25,897 nt of DNA, taken from NCBI GenBank assembly GCA_028877045.1, contig JAGWPQ010000332.1, positions 1 through 25,897 on the forward strand, read 5' to 3'. The position numbers and the translations under genes were made by a program. The notes below the pieces were generated by a model that did no database searches, was not told where the DNA came from, and saw nothing but the letters and a program-made list of their open reading frames with translations. This DNA is from Bacteroidota bacterium (GTDB lineage Bacteria; Bacteroidota; Bacteroidia; Chitinophagales; Chitinophagaceae). This document shows, in pieces, positions 8,428 through 16,677 of this stretch. Numbering within the stretch: the stretch's first letter is position 1; each line of letters opens with the position of its first letter.

Positions 8428-9255
8428 ATGCAAATACTCGATGCACATCAACATTTCTGGCATTATCATCCAAATACTCATTCATGGATAACGGATGATA
8501 TGAGTGTGATAAGGAAAGATTTTCTTCCGTCAGATCTAATGCCTTTGCTTGCAGAAAATAATATCGACGGAACTGTTGCGGTTCAAGCAGATCAATCAGA
8601 AAAAGAAACCGGATTTTTATTGTCGTTAGCAGAAGAAAATAATTTTATAAAAGCTGTTGTTGGCTGGACTGATCTATTTGCTGAAAATATTCTGGAGCGT
8701 TTGGAATATTATAAAGGCTTTAAAAAATTAAAAGGTTTCAGGCATATTTTGCAGGGAGAGAAACCATCGTTCATGCTTCAATCAAAATTTTTAAGAGGCA
8801 TCAGTTTGTTAAAAGATTTTGATTTTACTTATGATATTTTAATTTACCCCGAACATTTATCTGCAGCCCTGCAATTGGTTAATTTATTTCCTGAGCAGAT
8901 GTTTGTAATAGATCATCTTGCAAAACCATTGATAAAAAAACAAGAAATAAACGAATGGGCAAATGGCATGAAATTATTATCGGCACATGAAAATGTTTAT
9001 TGCAAAATTTCGGGAATGGTTACCGAAGCCGATGTTGAAAACTGGAAACAGGAAGATTTCATTCCTTATCTCGATGTGGTAACAAATGCTTTTGGAACCG
9101 ACAGGTTGATGTACGGATCGGACTGGCCCGTGTGTTTGGTGGCAGCTTCTTATCAGGACTGTATTGGTATCGTAAAAAAATATTTTCAATCGTTTTCAGA
9201 AGCGGAGAGGCAAAAAATTTTTGGATCAAACGCAACTTCATTTTATAAAATTTAA
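8428..9255 (+). CDS. Amidohydrolase_2 family, likely L-fucono-1,5-lactonase
   Basis: DAHQHFW, GFRHILQ, IDHLAKP, CKISG and MYGSDWPVC motifs. Confidence 0.88.
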   Translation: MQILDAHQHFWHYHPNTHSWITDDMSVIRKDFLPSDLMPLLAENNIDGTVAVQADQSEKETGFLLSLAEENNFIKAVVGWTDLFAENILERLEYYKGFKKLKGFRHILQGEKPSFMLQSKFLRGISLLKDFDFTYDILIYPEHLSAALQLVNLFPEQMFVIDHLAKPLIKKQEINEWANGMKLLSAHENVYCKISGMVTEADVENWKQEDFIPYLDVVTNAFGTDRLMYGSDWPVCLVAASYQDCIGIVKKYFQSFSEAERQKIFGSNATSFYKI

Positions 9256-9267
9256 ACCGAATAGAAT

Positions 9268-10050
9268 ATGAATCTGCAATTAAAAGATAAAATTTTTATT
9301 GTTACAGGTGGTGCCAAAGGCATTGGTGCCGGCATTATACAAGTGTTGGCTGCCGAAGGCGCCATACCGGTTATTTTGGGAAGAAATAAAATCGATAACA
9401 TTATTGCTGTTGAAAAACTTGCTGCAAAAGGGTTGAAGGCTTTTCAAATTGAAACCGAATTGGTTCGCCCCGAAGAATGTGAGCGTGCAGTTAAAACAGT
9501 TATTGAACAATTTGGAAGAATCGATGGCATTGTAAATAATGCCGGGGTAAATGATGGTGTAGGGTTAGAAAGCGGTAATTATGAAAAATTTATGGAGAGT
9601 TTACACCGCAATGTTGTGCATTATTATTTGATAGTACATTATGCTTTACCCGAACTGATAAAAACAAAAGGGGCTATTGTAAACATAAGTTCTAAAACGG
9701 CTGAAACAGGGCAGGGTAATACATCAGGCTATGCTGCATCTAATGGCGGAAGAAATGCTTTAACAAGAGAGTGGGCTGTTGAATTACTTAAATATGGTAT
9801 TCGTGTAAATGCTGTTATCGTTGCAGAATGCTATACGCCGTTGTACGAAAAGTGGCTGGAAACACTACCGGATTCAAAAACAAAATTGAAAGAAATAGAA
9901 TCGAAAATTCCTTTGGGACAGCGGATGACCACATCGGAAGAAATTGCTAATGCCGTAGCATTTTTATTGTCACCTGTTTCGAGCCATACTACCGGTCAGT
10001 TGTTTCATGTCGATGGTGGTTATGTTCATTTGGACCGTGCATTATTGTAA
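9268..10050 (+). CDS. SDR oxidoreductase, likely L-fucose dehydrogenase
   Basis: TGGAKGIG and NNAGVND motifs, ALTREWA...VNAVIVAECYTPLY resembling characterised bacterial L-fucose dehydrogenases. The catalytic motif reads YAASN. Confidence 0.82.
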   Translation: MNLQLKDKIFIVTGGAKGIGAGIIQVLAAEGAIPVILGRNKIDNIIAVEKLAAKGLKAFQIETELVRPEECERAVKTVIEQFGRIDGIVNNAGVNDGVGLESGNYEKFMESLHRNVVHYYLIVHYALPELIKTKGAIVNISSKTAETGQGNTSGYAASNGGRNALTREWAVELLKYGIRVNAVIVAECYTPLYEKWLETLPDSKTKLKEIESKIPLGQRMTTSEEIANAVAFLLSPVSSHTTGQLFHVDGGYVHLDRALL

Positions 10051-10061
10051 ATAAATTATAA

Positions 10062-10120
10062 ATGGTATTGCCGCTATGAAAGAGGAACTGTGAACCGAGC
10101 GTGGCAACAGGCGATGCCAT
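10062..10120. other. Nested stem-loop in the SDR-fucP intergenic region (structured RNA or dispersed repeat)
   Basis: atggtattgcc (10062-72) pairs with ggcgatgccat (10110-20), and gctatg (10073-78) pairs with cgtggc (10100-05), with G-U pairs. Confidence 0.4.
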
Positions 10121-10177
10121 AAAAAACTAAAGTTGATATAAAAAATAAAACAACTACTGCATAAACAAAAAATAAAC

Positions 10178-11464
10178 ATGAGCAAAAAACATCAATCATT
10201 GGTTAAGGCACATGGCAAAAATTACCTGGTACCGTTTATATTAATTACCAGTTTATTTTTTTTATGGGGTTTCGCACACAACCTGGATCCTGTATTGATC
10301 CCTCACTTAAAAAAATCGTTTACATTAACTACGGTTCAGGCAACCTTGGTAGATACATCTGTTTTTATAGCTTATTTTATTATGGCAATGCCTGCAGGTT
10401 TTATCATGAAAAAATATGGATATAAGGCCGGCATCATTACCGGGTTATTGTTATTTGCTACAGGTGCTTTTTTATTTATTCCTGCAGCCAATACACAGCA
10501 GTATAATTTTTTTCTTGTAGCGTTGTTTGTGATAGCCTGCGGGTTAACTATTTTAGAAACCGCCGCTAATCCCTATGCAGCATCATTGGGCGATCCTGAT
10601 ACATCTACACAAAGGCTGAACCTTTCTCAATCATTTAATGGATTGGCAGCAGCCTTGGCTCCTGTGATCGGCGCAAGGATTATACTTACCAAAGGTTTTT
10701 CGGATGCCGAATTAAATGCAATGACTGATGCTGCACGTAAAGTGGCATTGGCTTCGGAAGCATCTTCGGTTAAGCTGCCTTATTTTATTCTTGGAACAAT
10801 TTTAATTTTAATTGCCCTGGTATTTGCTTTTACGCACTTGCCAAAAATTCAGAATAATGATAAGCAGGAAGCAGGCAAACATATTTTTCATGCATTTCGC
10901 CACAGGCATTTATCGTGGGGCGTAGCAGCACAATTTTTTTATGTAGGGGCACAGGTATCGGTATTTAGTTTATTTATTTTATATGCAACAAAATCGGCCG
11001 ATATAAGCCAGATCAAAGCTGCAGATTATTTGGGTGCTTGCGGTATAGCATTTTTGATCGGAAGGTTTTTGGGAACATTTCTAATGAAATATATTTTGCC
11101 GCAACGTTTGCTTGCAATGTATGCAGCCATCAATATTTTATTATGTACAGTTGCCATTGCGGCACACGGAATGATAACTGTGTATGCGGTAATAGCAATA
11201 TGTTTCTTTATGTCTATCATGTTCCCTACTATTTTTTCTTTGGGCATAAAAGGTTTGGGCGGCGATACAGAATACGGGAGCAGCCTCATTATCATGTCGA
11301 TCGTTGGCGGGGCAATATTGCCGAGGGTCTTTGGTTACATCAGCGATGCAAGCGGCAATATTCAATATGGATACATTGTGCCGCTGATATGTTTTATCGT
11401 GATCGTTTATTTCGGAATAACAGGATATAAAATGAATAATATAGATGAAAACGTTAGTTTGTAA
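10178..11464 (+). CDS. fucP: L-fucose:H+ symporter permease (MFS, FHS family)
   Basis: LFFLWGFAHNL, LETAANPY, RLNLSQSFNGL, FFYVGAQV and SIMFPTIF motifs, with 12-TM-like hydropathy. Confidence 0.9.
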   Translation: MSKKHQSLVKAHGKNYLVPFILITSLFFLWGFAHNLDPVLIPHLKKSFTLTTVQATLVDTSVFIAYFIMAMPAGFIMKKYGYKAGIITGLLLFATGAFLFIPAANTQQYNFFLVALFVIACGLTILETAANPYAASLGDPDTSTQRLNLSQSFNGLAAALAPVIGARIILTKGFSDAELNAMTDAARKVALASEASSVKLPYFILGTILILIALVFAFTHLPKIQNNDKQEAGKHIFHAFRHRHLSWGVAAQFFYVGAQVSVFSLFILYATKSADISQIKAADYLGACGIAFLIGRFLGTFLMKYILPQRLLAMYAAINILLCTVAIAAHGMITVYAVIAICFFMSIMFPTIFSLGIKGLGGDTEYGSSLIIMSIVGGAILPRVFGYISDASGNIQYGYIVPLICFIVIVYFGITGYKMNNIDENVSL

Positions 11465-12461
11465 AGCGCCATATCAACTTGAATATGCAGAAGCAGATCT
11501 TCCTTCGGCATCCATTGGCGAAACAATATTAAAAATAGAAAGAATAGGTATTTGCGGAACAGATCTGCACGCATTTGAAGGAACACAACCTTATTTCAGT
11601 TATCCAAGGATACTTGGTCATGAGCTGGCGGCAACGATTGTACAAACCGATGATAAACGATTTGATACGGAAGAACCTGTAACCATCATACCATATTTTA
11701 ATTGCGGTAAGTGTATTGCCTGCCGGATGGGTAAACCTAATTGTTGTGAACGGATCAATGTATTTGGAGTGCATATCAATGGGGCAATGCAGCAGTATGT
11801 AACAGTACCAACTTATTCGCTAATTAAAAGCAATGGCTTAAGCTTTGATGAGTTGGCTTTGGTAGAACCATTGGCTATTGGGGCACACGGCGTAAGAAGG
11901 GCAGGTGTTCGCAACGGTGAATATGTTTTGGTGGTGGGAGCGGGACCAATAGGATTAGGTATAATGGAGTTTGCAGGAATTGCGGGTGGTAAGGTAATTG
12001 CAATGGATATTAATGAACGAAGATTGCAGTTCTGCAAAGAAAAATTACAGGTAACCGATACCATTAATCCTGCAATAGAAAATGCAGTTGAAAAGCTCAA
12101 ACAAATTACAAATGGAGATATGCCAACAGTTGTAATTGATGCAACAGGAAATTTAAAAGCTATTAACAATGCCTTTCAATTATTGGCGCATGGTGGCAGG
12201 TATGTATTGGTAGGATTACAAAAAGCTGATATTGTTTTCAGTCACCCCGAATTTCATAAAAGGGAAAGTACATTGATGAGCAGTCGAAATGCAACACGTG
12301 AAGATTTTGAACATGTTATCAGTAGTATGAAACAAGGATTGGTTAAGCCAGCCACCTATATTACAAATAGTGTTTTATTCGATGAAGTGAAAAATAATTT
12401 TGCATCTTGGTTAAATCCTGAAAATGGAGTTATAAAAGCAATGGTGAAAATGCAGGGTTGA
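11445..12461 (+). CDS. Zn-dependent MDR dehydrogenase, L-galactonate 5-dehydrogenase (LgoD/YjjN)-like
   Basis: GICGTDLH, GHE, structural Zn CGKCIACRMGKPNCC, GAGPIG and C-terminal FHKRESTLMSSRNA motifs. Confidence 0.85.
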   Translation: MKTLVCKAPYQLEYAEADLPSASIGETILKIERIGICGTDLHAFEGTQPYFSYPRILGHELAATIVQTDDKRFDTEEPVTIIPYFNCGKCIACRMGKPNCCERINVFGVHINGAMQQYVTVPTYSLIKSNGLSFDELALVEPLAIGAHGVRRAGVRNGEYVLVVGAGPIGLGIMEFAGIAGGKVIAMDINERRLQFCKEKLQVTDTINPAIENAVEKLKQITNGDMPTVVIDATGNLKAINNAFQLLAHGGRYVLVGLQKADIVFSHPEFHKRESTLMSSRNATREDFEHVISSMKQGLVKPATYITNSVLFDEVKNNFASWLNPENGVIKAMVKMQG

Positions 12462-12494
12462 AAAAACTAATTATATAATTCAATAATAAAAAAA

Positions 12495-14168
12495 ATGAAA
12501 CGCAGAAAACTAATTAAAATAATGGCTAGTGCAGTACCGGCATGGTATCTGTCAAAAGCCTATGGTCGTGATATTTTAAAACTTGATATACTCGATCAAA
12601 ATGGTGAGAGAATGGCACAAGGTCCCTTTAAACCTGAATGGGATTCGCTTGCAAAATATACCATACCGGAATGGTTCCGGGATGCTAAGTTTGGTATATG
12701 GGCACATTGGGGGCCTCAATGCCAACCCGAACATGGCGATTGGTATGGCCGCGGTATGTATGAGGAAGGTAGCGATGATTACTTGTTTCATTTGCAGAAA
12801 TACGGGCATCCTTCGAAATTTGGTTTTAAAGATGTTATTCATGAATGGAAGGCAGAAAATTGGGATCCTGATAAATTAGTAGAATTATATAAAAATGCAG
12901 GTGCCAAATATTTTGTGGCACTGGCCAATCATCACGATAATTTTGATAATTATAACAGTAAATATCAGCCCTGGAATGCCGTAAAAATGGGACCAAAAAA
13001 AGATTTAATTGATGGATGGATGAAGGCTGCAAAAAAACATGGTTTGTATTTTGGTGTTAGTGTACATGCTGCTCATGCATGGAGTTGGTATGAAACGGCT
13101 CAGAGAAGCGATAAAAAAGGACCTTTAACAGGGGTGCCTTATGATGGGAAGGCTACCAAGGCTGATGCAATAGGGAAATGGTGGGAAGGTTATGACCCAC
13201 AGGAATTATATGCTCAAAATCATGCTTTGAGTGAAGGCAGTGATGATGGGGCATCGATAGGCAAACAATGGAACTGGGGCAATGGCGTTAATGTTCCCGT
13301 CAAAGCTTACTGCGAAAAGTTTTATAACAGGACTGTTGATCTTATCAATAAATATCATCCCGATCTGGTTTATTTTGATGATACAGCTCTTCCATTATGG
13401 CCCATCAGCGATGTGGGTTTGCGAATTGCTGCTCATATATATAACGATAGTATTAAAAGACATGGCAAATTGCAGGCAGTAATAAACGGGAAGATATTGA
13501 ATGCTCAGCAACGCAAATGTATGGTGTGGGATATTGAACGAGGAGCAAGTAACAATATTGAACCTTTTGCTTGGCAAACTGATACCTGCATCGGTAACTG
13601 GCATTACGATAGACGGTTATACGACCATAATGGCTATAAATCTGCAAAAACAGTAATACAGATATTGGTTGATGTGGTAAGTAAAAACGGTAATCTATTA
13701 TTGAGTATTCCCGTAAGGGGAGATGGTACAATCGATTCACGTGAACAAGCAGTCGTTGAAGAAATTGGCAAGTGGATGAAAGTGAATAGTGAAGCTATTT
13801 ATGCAACACATCCGTGGAAGATATTTGGAGAAGGACCTGCCATTGCTTCTGCCGCTGCATTAAGCGATCAGGGATTTAATGAAGGAAAGGGCAAATCCCT
13901 TGATGCGGAAGATTTGCGCTTTACAAAAAAAGGCGATGCATTATATGCCACTTTTTTCGGATGGCCACAAACTAAAAATGTACTTGTCAAAAATCTTGCG
14001 TCGGGATCTTTACATATTAGTGAAAGCAAAATTGCCAATGTACGCTTGCTTGGATATGAAGGCAAACTCGAATGGTCTCAAAACACCGATGGTTTGTTGG
14101 TAAAACTGCCGGATGAAAAACCCTGTGATAATGCTTTTGTTCTGAAAATTGAAGGAGTGGAAGGTTGA
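12495..14168 (+). CDS. GH29 alpha-L-fucosidase with twin-arginine-like signal
   Basis: WFRDAKFGIWAHWG, AGAKYFVALANHHDNF, YFDD nucleophile region and DVVSKNGNLLLSIP. The N-terminus is KRRKLIK. Confidence 0.93.
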   Translation: MKRRKLIKIMASAVPAWYLSKAYGRDILKLDILDQNGERMAQGPFKPEWDSLAKYTIPEWFRDAKFGIWAHWGPQCQPEHGDWYGRGMYEEGSDDYLFHLQKYGHPSKFGFKDVIHEWKAENWDPDKLVELYKNAGAKYFVALANHHDNFDNYNSKYQPWNAVKMGPKKDLIDGWMKAAKKHGLYFGVSVHAAHAWSWYETAQRSDKKGPLTGVPYDGKATKADAIGKWWEGYDPQELYAQNHALSEGSDDGASIGKQWNWGNGVNVPVKAYCEKFYNRTVDLINKYHPDLVYFDDTALPLWPISDVGLRIAAHIYNDSIKRHGKLQAVINGKILNAQQRKCMVWDIERGASNNIEPFAWQTDTCIGNWHYDRRLYDHNGYKSAKTVIQILVDVVSKNGNLLLSIPVRGDGTIDSREQAVVEEIGKWMKVNSEAIYATHPWKIFGEGPAIASAAALSDQGFNEGKGKSLDAEDLRFTKKGDALYATFFGWPQTKNVLVKNLASGSLHISESKIANVRLLGYEGKLEWSQNTDGLLVKLPDEKPCDNAFVLKIEGVEG

Positions 14169-14175
14169 CTATATT

Positions 14176-14215
14176 ATATTCCCGTTGGCAGAATTAATTC
14201 TGCCAACGGGAATAT
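14176..14215. terminator. Perfect 40-bp palindrome between convergent genes (bidirectional terminator-like)
   Basis: atattcccgttggcagaattaattctgccaacgggaatat equals its own reverse complement and starts 7 nt after the fucosidase stop. Confidence 0.7.
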
Positions 14216-14349
14216 GAGTATTATTTTTTTATGCCATGGCAAGATAGAATTACACGTATAAAACTAATTTAAAATGCACACCGATTTTCTGCAGTAGTAA
14301 AAAGAAAATGTCAATAGTTGCTGTGAATAGAATTCATTAAAATAAGAAA

Positions 14350-15831
14350 CTATTTCAATTCAACCCACTCGCTGATATTGTTATTTAGATCGATCGATGA
14401 AATAAATATCCTGTCGTCGGCTGCGGCAATGGTTTTATTTCTGTCGAAATTAATCTTTGTATCGGCTACCAATACTTTGATCAGTGTAGCATATTCTTTT
14501 TTCTCCATGATATTGGGTGGTAATACAAAAACGGCAAAGCCTTTGATTTTTTCTTTACCGGAATAAATGATCTGAAAGGAGTTGTTTTTTAATTTCTCGA
14601 TCGTTGGTTGTGCCGGCGGAATACTATCGATCCATTTCATGGGCGGTATCAATGCGGGCAAAGCATAATAATCCAAACGCAAACTATCGGACCATCCATT
14701 AATGTTTTTTTTAAGGTCTATACTGCTGAAATAAGCACTGCCCTGTGTTGTCGTATATTTCCGCAAATTTTTTATTTGACTAGGTAATTCGTTTTTATTT
14801 CGCCAGGCAGCATTGGTCCCTGCACGGTAGATAGCATGACCAATATAAAGCTGTTTACCATAAGCATGATCATTCCACCAATCTAATAAAGTATCATAAT
14901 CGCATAGCTTATGACCGCGTTCCCAGTATAATTGCGGTACAACATAATCTATCCAGCCTTTTTGCAACCATAATAAAATATCAGCATACAGATCATCGTA
15001 ATTCGTTTGCCCCGCTCTGGTATTACTTCCCATAGGATCTTTATCTTTATTGCGCCACACACCAAACGGGCTAATACCAAATTTTACTCTTGGATTATTA
15101 GCACGTATTGTTTCATACAATAGTTTAATGATACTGTCGCAGTTACTTCTTCTCCAATCATCTTTATTTAATCCTCTGTTGTACTGTCGGTACGTTTTTT
15201 CGTCGGGAAATTCTCTTCCTGTAATCCGGTATGGATAAAAATAATCGTCCATGTGAATGGCATCAATATCATATCTCGTTACCAAGTCCTTTACCACTTT
15301 AGCAACATGGTCTCTCACCTGTGGCAAGCCGGGATTGAAATATTTTTTATCGCCATAAGTTATAAACCATTCAGGATGAATTTTTGAAATATGTGATGGC
15401 GATATGGATGAAGTATGAATATTAAAAACAGCACGATATGGATTTAACCATGCATGAAATTCCATACCGCGTTTATGTGTTTCCTGAATCATGAAAGCAA
15501 GCGGGTCGTAAAACGGCGAAGGGGTCAATCCCTGTACACCGGTTAAATATTCGCTCCATGGTTCGTATGGTGAAGGATAAAATGCGTCGCCGACAGGGCG
15601 AATTTGCATGATGATCGCATTCATGCCGTTGTGTTGATGCATATCCAGCAAATGAATGAATTCTGCTTTTTGTTCTTCTACACTTAAACCTTTTTTACTG
15701 GGCCAGTCAATGTTTTCAACCGTAGCGATCCATACGCCGCGAAACTCGTACAATGGAGCAGTTTGTGCTCTATTTGAAAAGGGCTTGCAAATAAAAAATA
15801 AAGCGAAGGCAACGAAATAAATAGATTTCAT
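14350..15831 (-). CDS. Glycoside hydrolase-like family 10 (GHL10/DUF187, YddW/DigH-like) exported protein
   Basis: EFRGVWIATV..IDWP, DAFYPSPYEPWS, DPLAFMIQETHKRGMEFHAWLNPYR, HMDDYFYPY, FGISPFG and WIDYVVPQLYW motifs, plus an N-terminal signal peptide. Confidence 0.9.
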   Translation of the reverse strand: MKSIYFVAFALFFICKPFSNRAQTAPLYEFRGVWIATVENIDWPSKKGLSVEEQKAEFIHLLDMHQHNGMNAIIMQIRPVGDAFYPSPYEPWSEYLTGVQGLTPSPFYDPLAFMIQETHKRGMEFHAWLNPYRAVFNIHTSSISPSHISKIHPEWFITYGDKKYFNPGLPQVRDHVAKVVKDLVTRYDIDAIHMDDYFYPYRITGREFPDEKTYRQYNRGLNKDDWRRSNCDSIIKLLYETIRANNPRVKFGISPFGVWRNKDKDPMGSNTRAGQTNYDDLYADILLWLQKGWIDYVVPQLYWERGHKLCDYDTLLDWWNDHAYGKQLYIGHAIYRAGTNAAWRNKNELPSQIKNLRKYTTTQGSAYFSSIDLKKNINGWSDSLRLDYYALPALIPPMKWIDSIPPAQPTIEKLKNNSFQIIYSGKEKIKGFAVFVLPPNIMEKKEYATLIKVLVADTKINFDRNKTIAAADDRIFISSIDLNNNISEWVELK

Positions 15832-15909
15832 GCGTCTAAGATAAAGCGCTGCAAACAGTAATAACGAAATGTGGATGAAATGGCAGGTTAAAAAAGATAA
15901 TTCACAACA

Positions 15910-16368
15910 TTAAATGCTGCCACGCATTTTATCGAGTAGTTCGTTCATCAGCAAAGCTTCGGCTACAGAGAGCCTGTTGGTAATATTGTCGAGTTCAGTA
16001 TTTCGTTCATCTAATCTGTCTAATACTTCCAATCCTTTCTCAGAGATACTAACATCTACCAAACGTTTATCGATTTGATTGATATTTTTTTCGACAAGAC
16101 CTTTTTTTACCAGGCGATCTACGAGGCGGCTGGTATCGCTCATCTTATCCAGCATTCTTTCCCTGATCTGTAACGTAGAAATAGGTACAGGCCTGCTGCC
16201 TTTTAAAATTCTCAGGATATTATATTGCTGCGGAGTGATTTCTTCGTGTTCCAAGAACTCTTTTACTTTCTCTAATATCCAGCTTGAAGAATAAAGGATA
16301 TTTACATGTACTTTATGATGCTGGCTTCTGAAATCTTTTCTTTGATGTATGTCTTCTACAATTCCCAT
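15910..16368 (-). CDS. MarR family transcriptional regulator
   Basis: ITPQQYNILRIL...SDTSRLVDRLVKKGLV...DKR..DVSISEKG winged-helix motif. Confidence 0.93.
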   Translation of the reverse strand: MGIVEDIHQRKDFRSQHHKVHVNILYSSSWILEKVKEFLEHEEITPQQYNILRILKGSRPVPISTLQIRERMLDKMSDTSRLVDRLVKKGLVEKNINQIDKRLVDVSISEKGLEVLDRLDERNTELDNITNRLSVAEALLMNELLDKMRGSI

Positions 16369-16372
16369 ACAA

Positions 16373-16438
16373 CAAAATTACCTATGCTGCAATTTTGAAT
16401 ACATGATTTTTGACGGATAAAAAAATGATTTTTATCAA
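16373..16438 (-). promoter_or_regulatory. marR promoter: tandem FNR-like boxes plus TAATTTTG -7 element
   Basis: On the minus strand: TTGAT-AAAA-ATCAT (16438-16425), 8 nt, CCGTC-AAAA-ATCAT (16416-16403), 22 nt, TAATTTTG (16380-16373). Confidence 0.55.
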
Positions 16439-16650
16439 TAAATGTTTACACAATGAATTTCTAATGGCTTTCTAATCTCGCCGTATTTCTAAACTAAAGC
16501 TGCAATTGACCGGAAGATGAATGTTCATTCCGGTTTTCAAAATTGCGGGACGAAATCGTTTAATACTCAACATTTTTAAGTGTTTGTTTGAAAGAAGAAG
16601 ATTGAATACATGATTTTTATTGAAGAAAAAATGATTTCTATCATAAAATG
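16395..16650. repeat. ~50-bp direct repeat pair (16395-16444 and 16602-16650)
   Basis: Both copies start with ttgaatacatgattttt (17/17 identical) and end aaaaaatgattt.tatca..aaatg. The offset is 207 bp. Confidence 0.75.
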
Positions 16651-16677
16651 GCCGGACAGTAAAATTCTAATGTTTTT

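Noticed and set aside
11445-14168. Impression of different codon usage (more GGA/ATA) in the Zn-dehydrogenase and fucosidase genes, suggesting separate acquisition
   Set aside because: It was not quantified. A per-gene codon-usage or tetranucleotide comparison is needed before it can be claimed.
14350-15831. GHL10 protein as part of the fucose cluster
   Set aside because: It is on the opposite strand beyond a terminator. The family is linked to peptidoglycan (DigH/YddW) rather than fucosides.
16395-16650. Direct repeats as a CRISPR remnant or insertion-element ends
   Set aside because: There are only two imperfect ~50-bp copies 207 bp apart, with no cas or transposase genes. They are better explained as regulator-binding cassettes.
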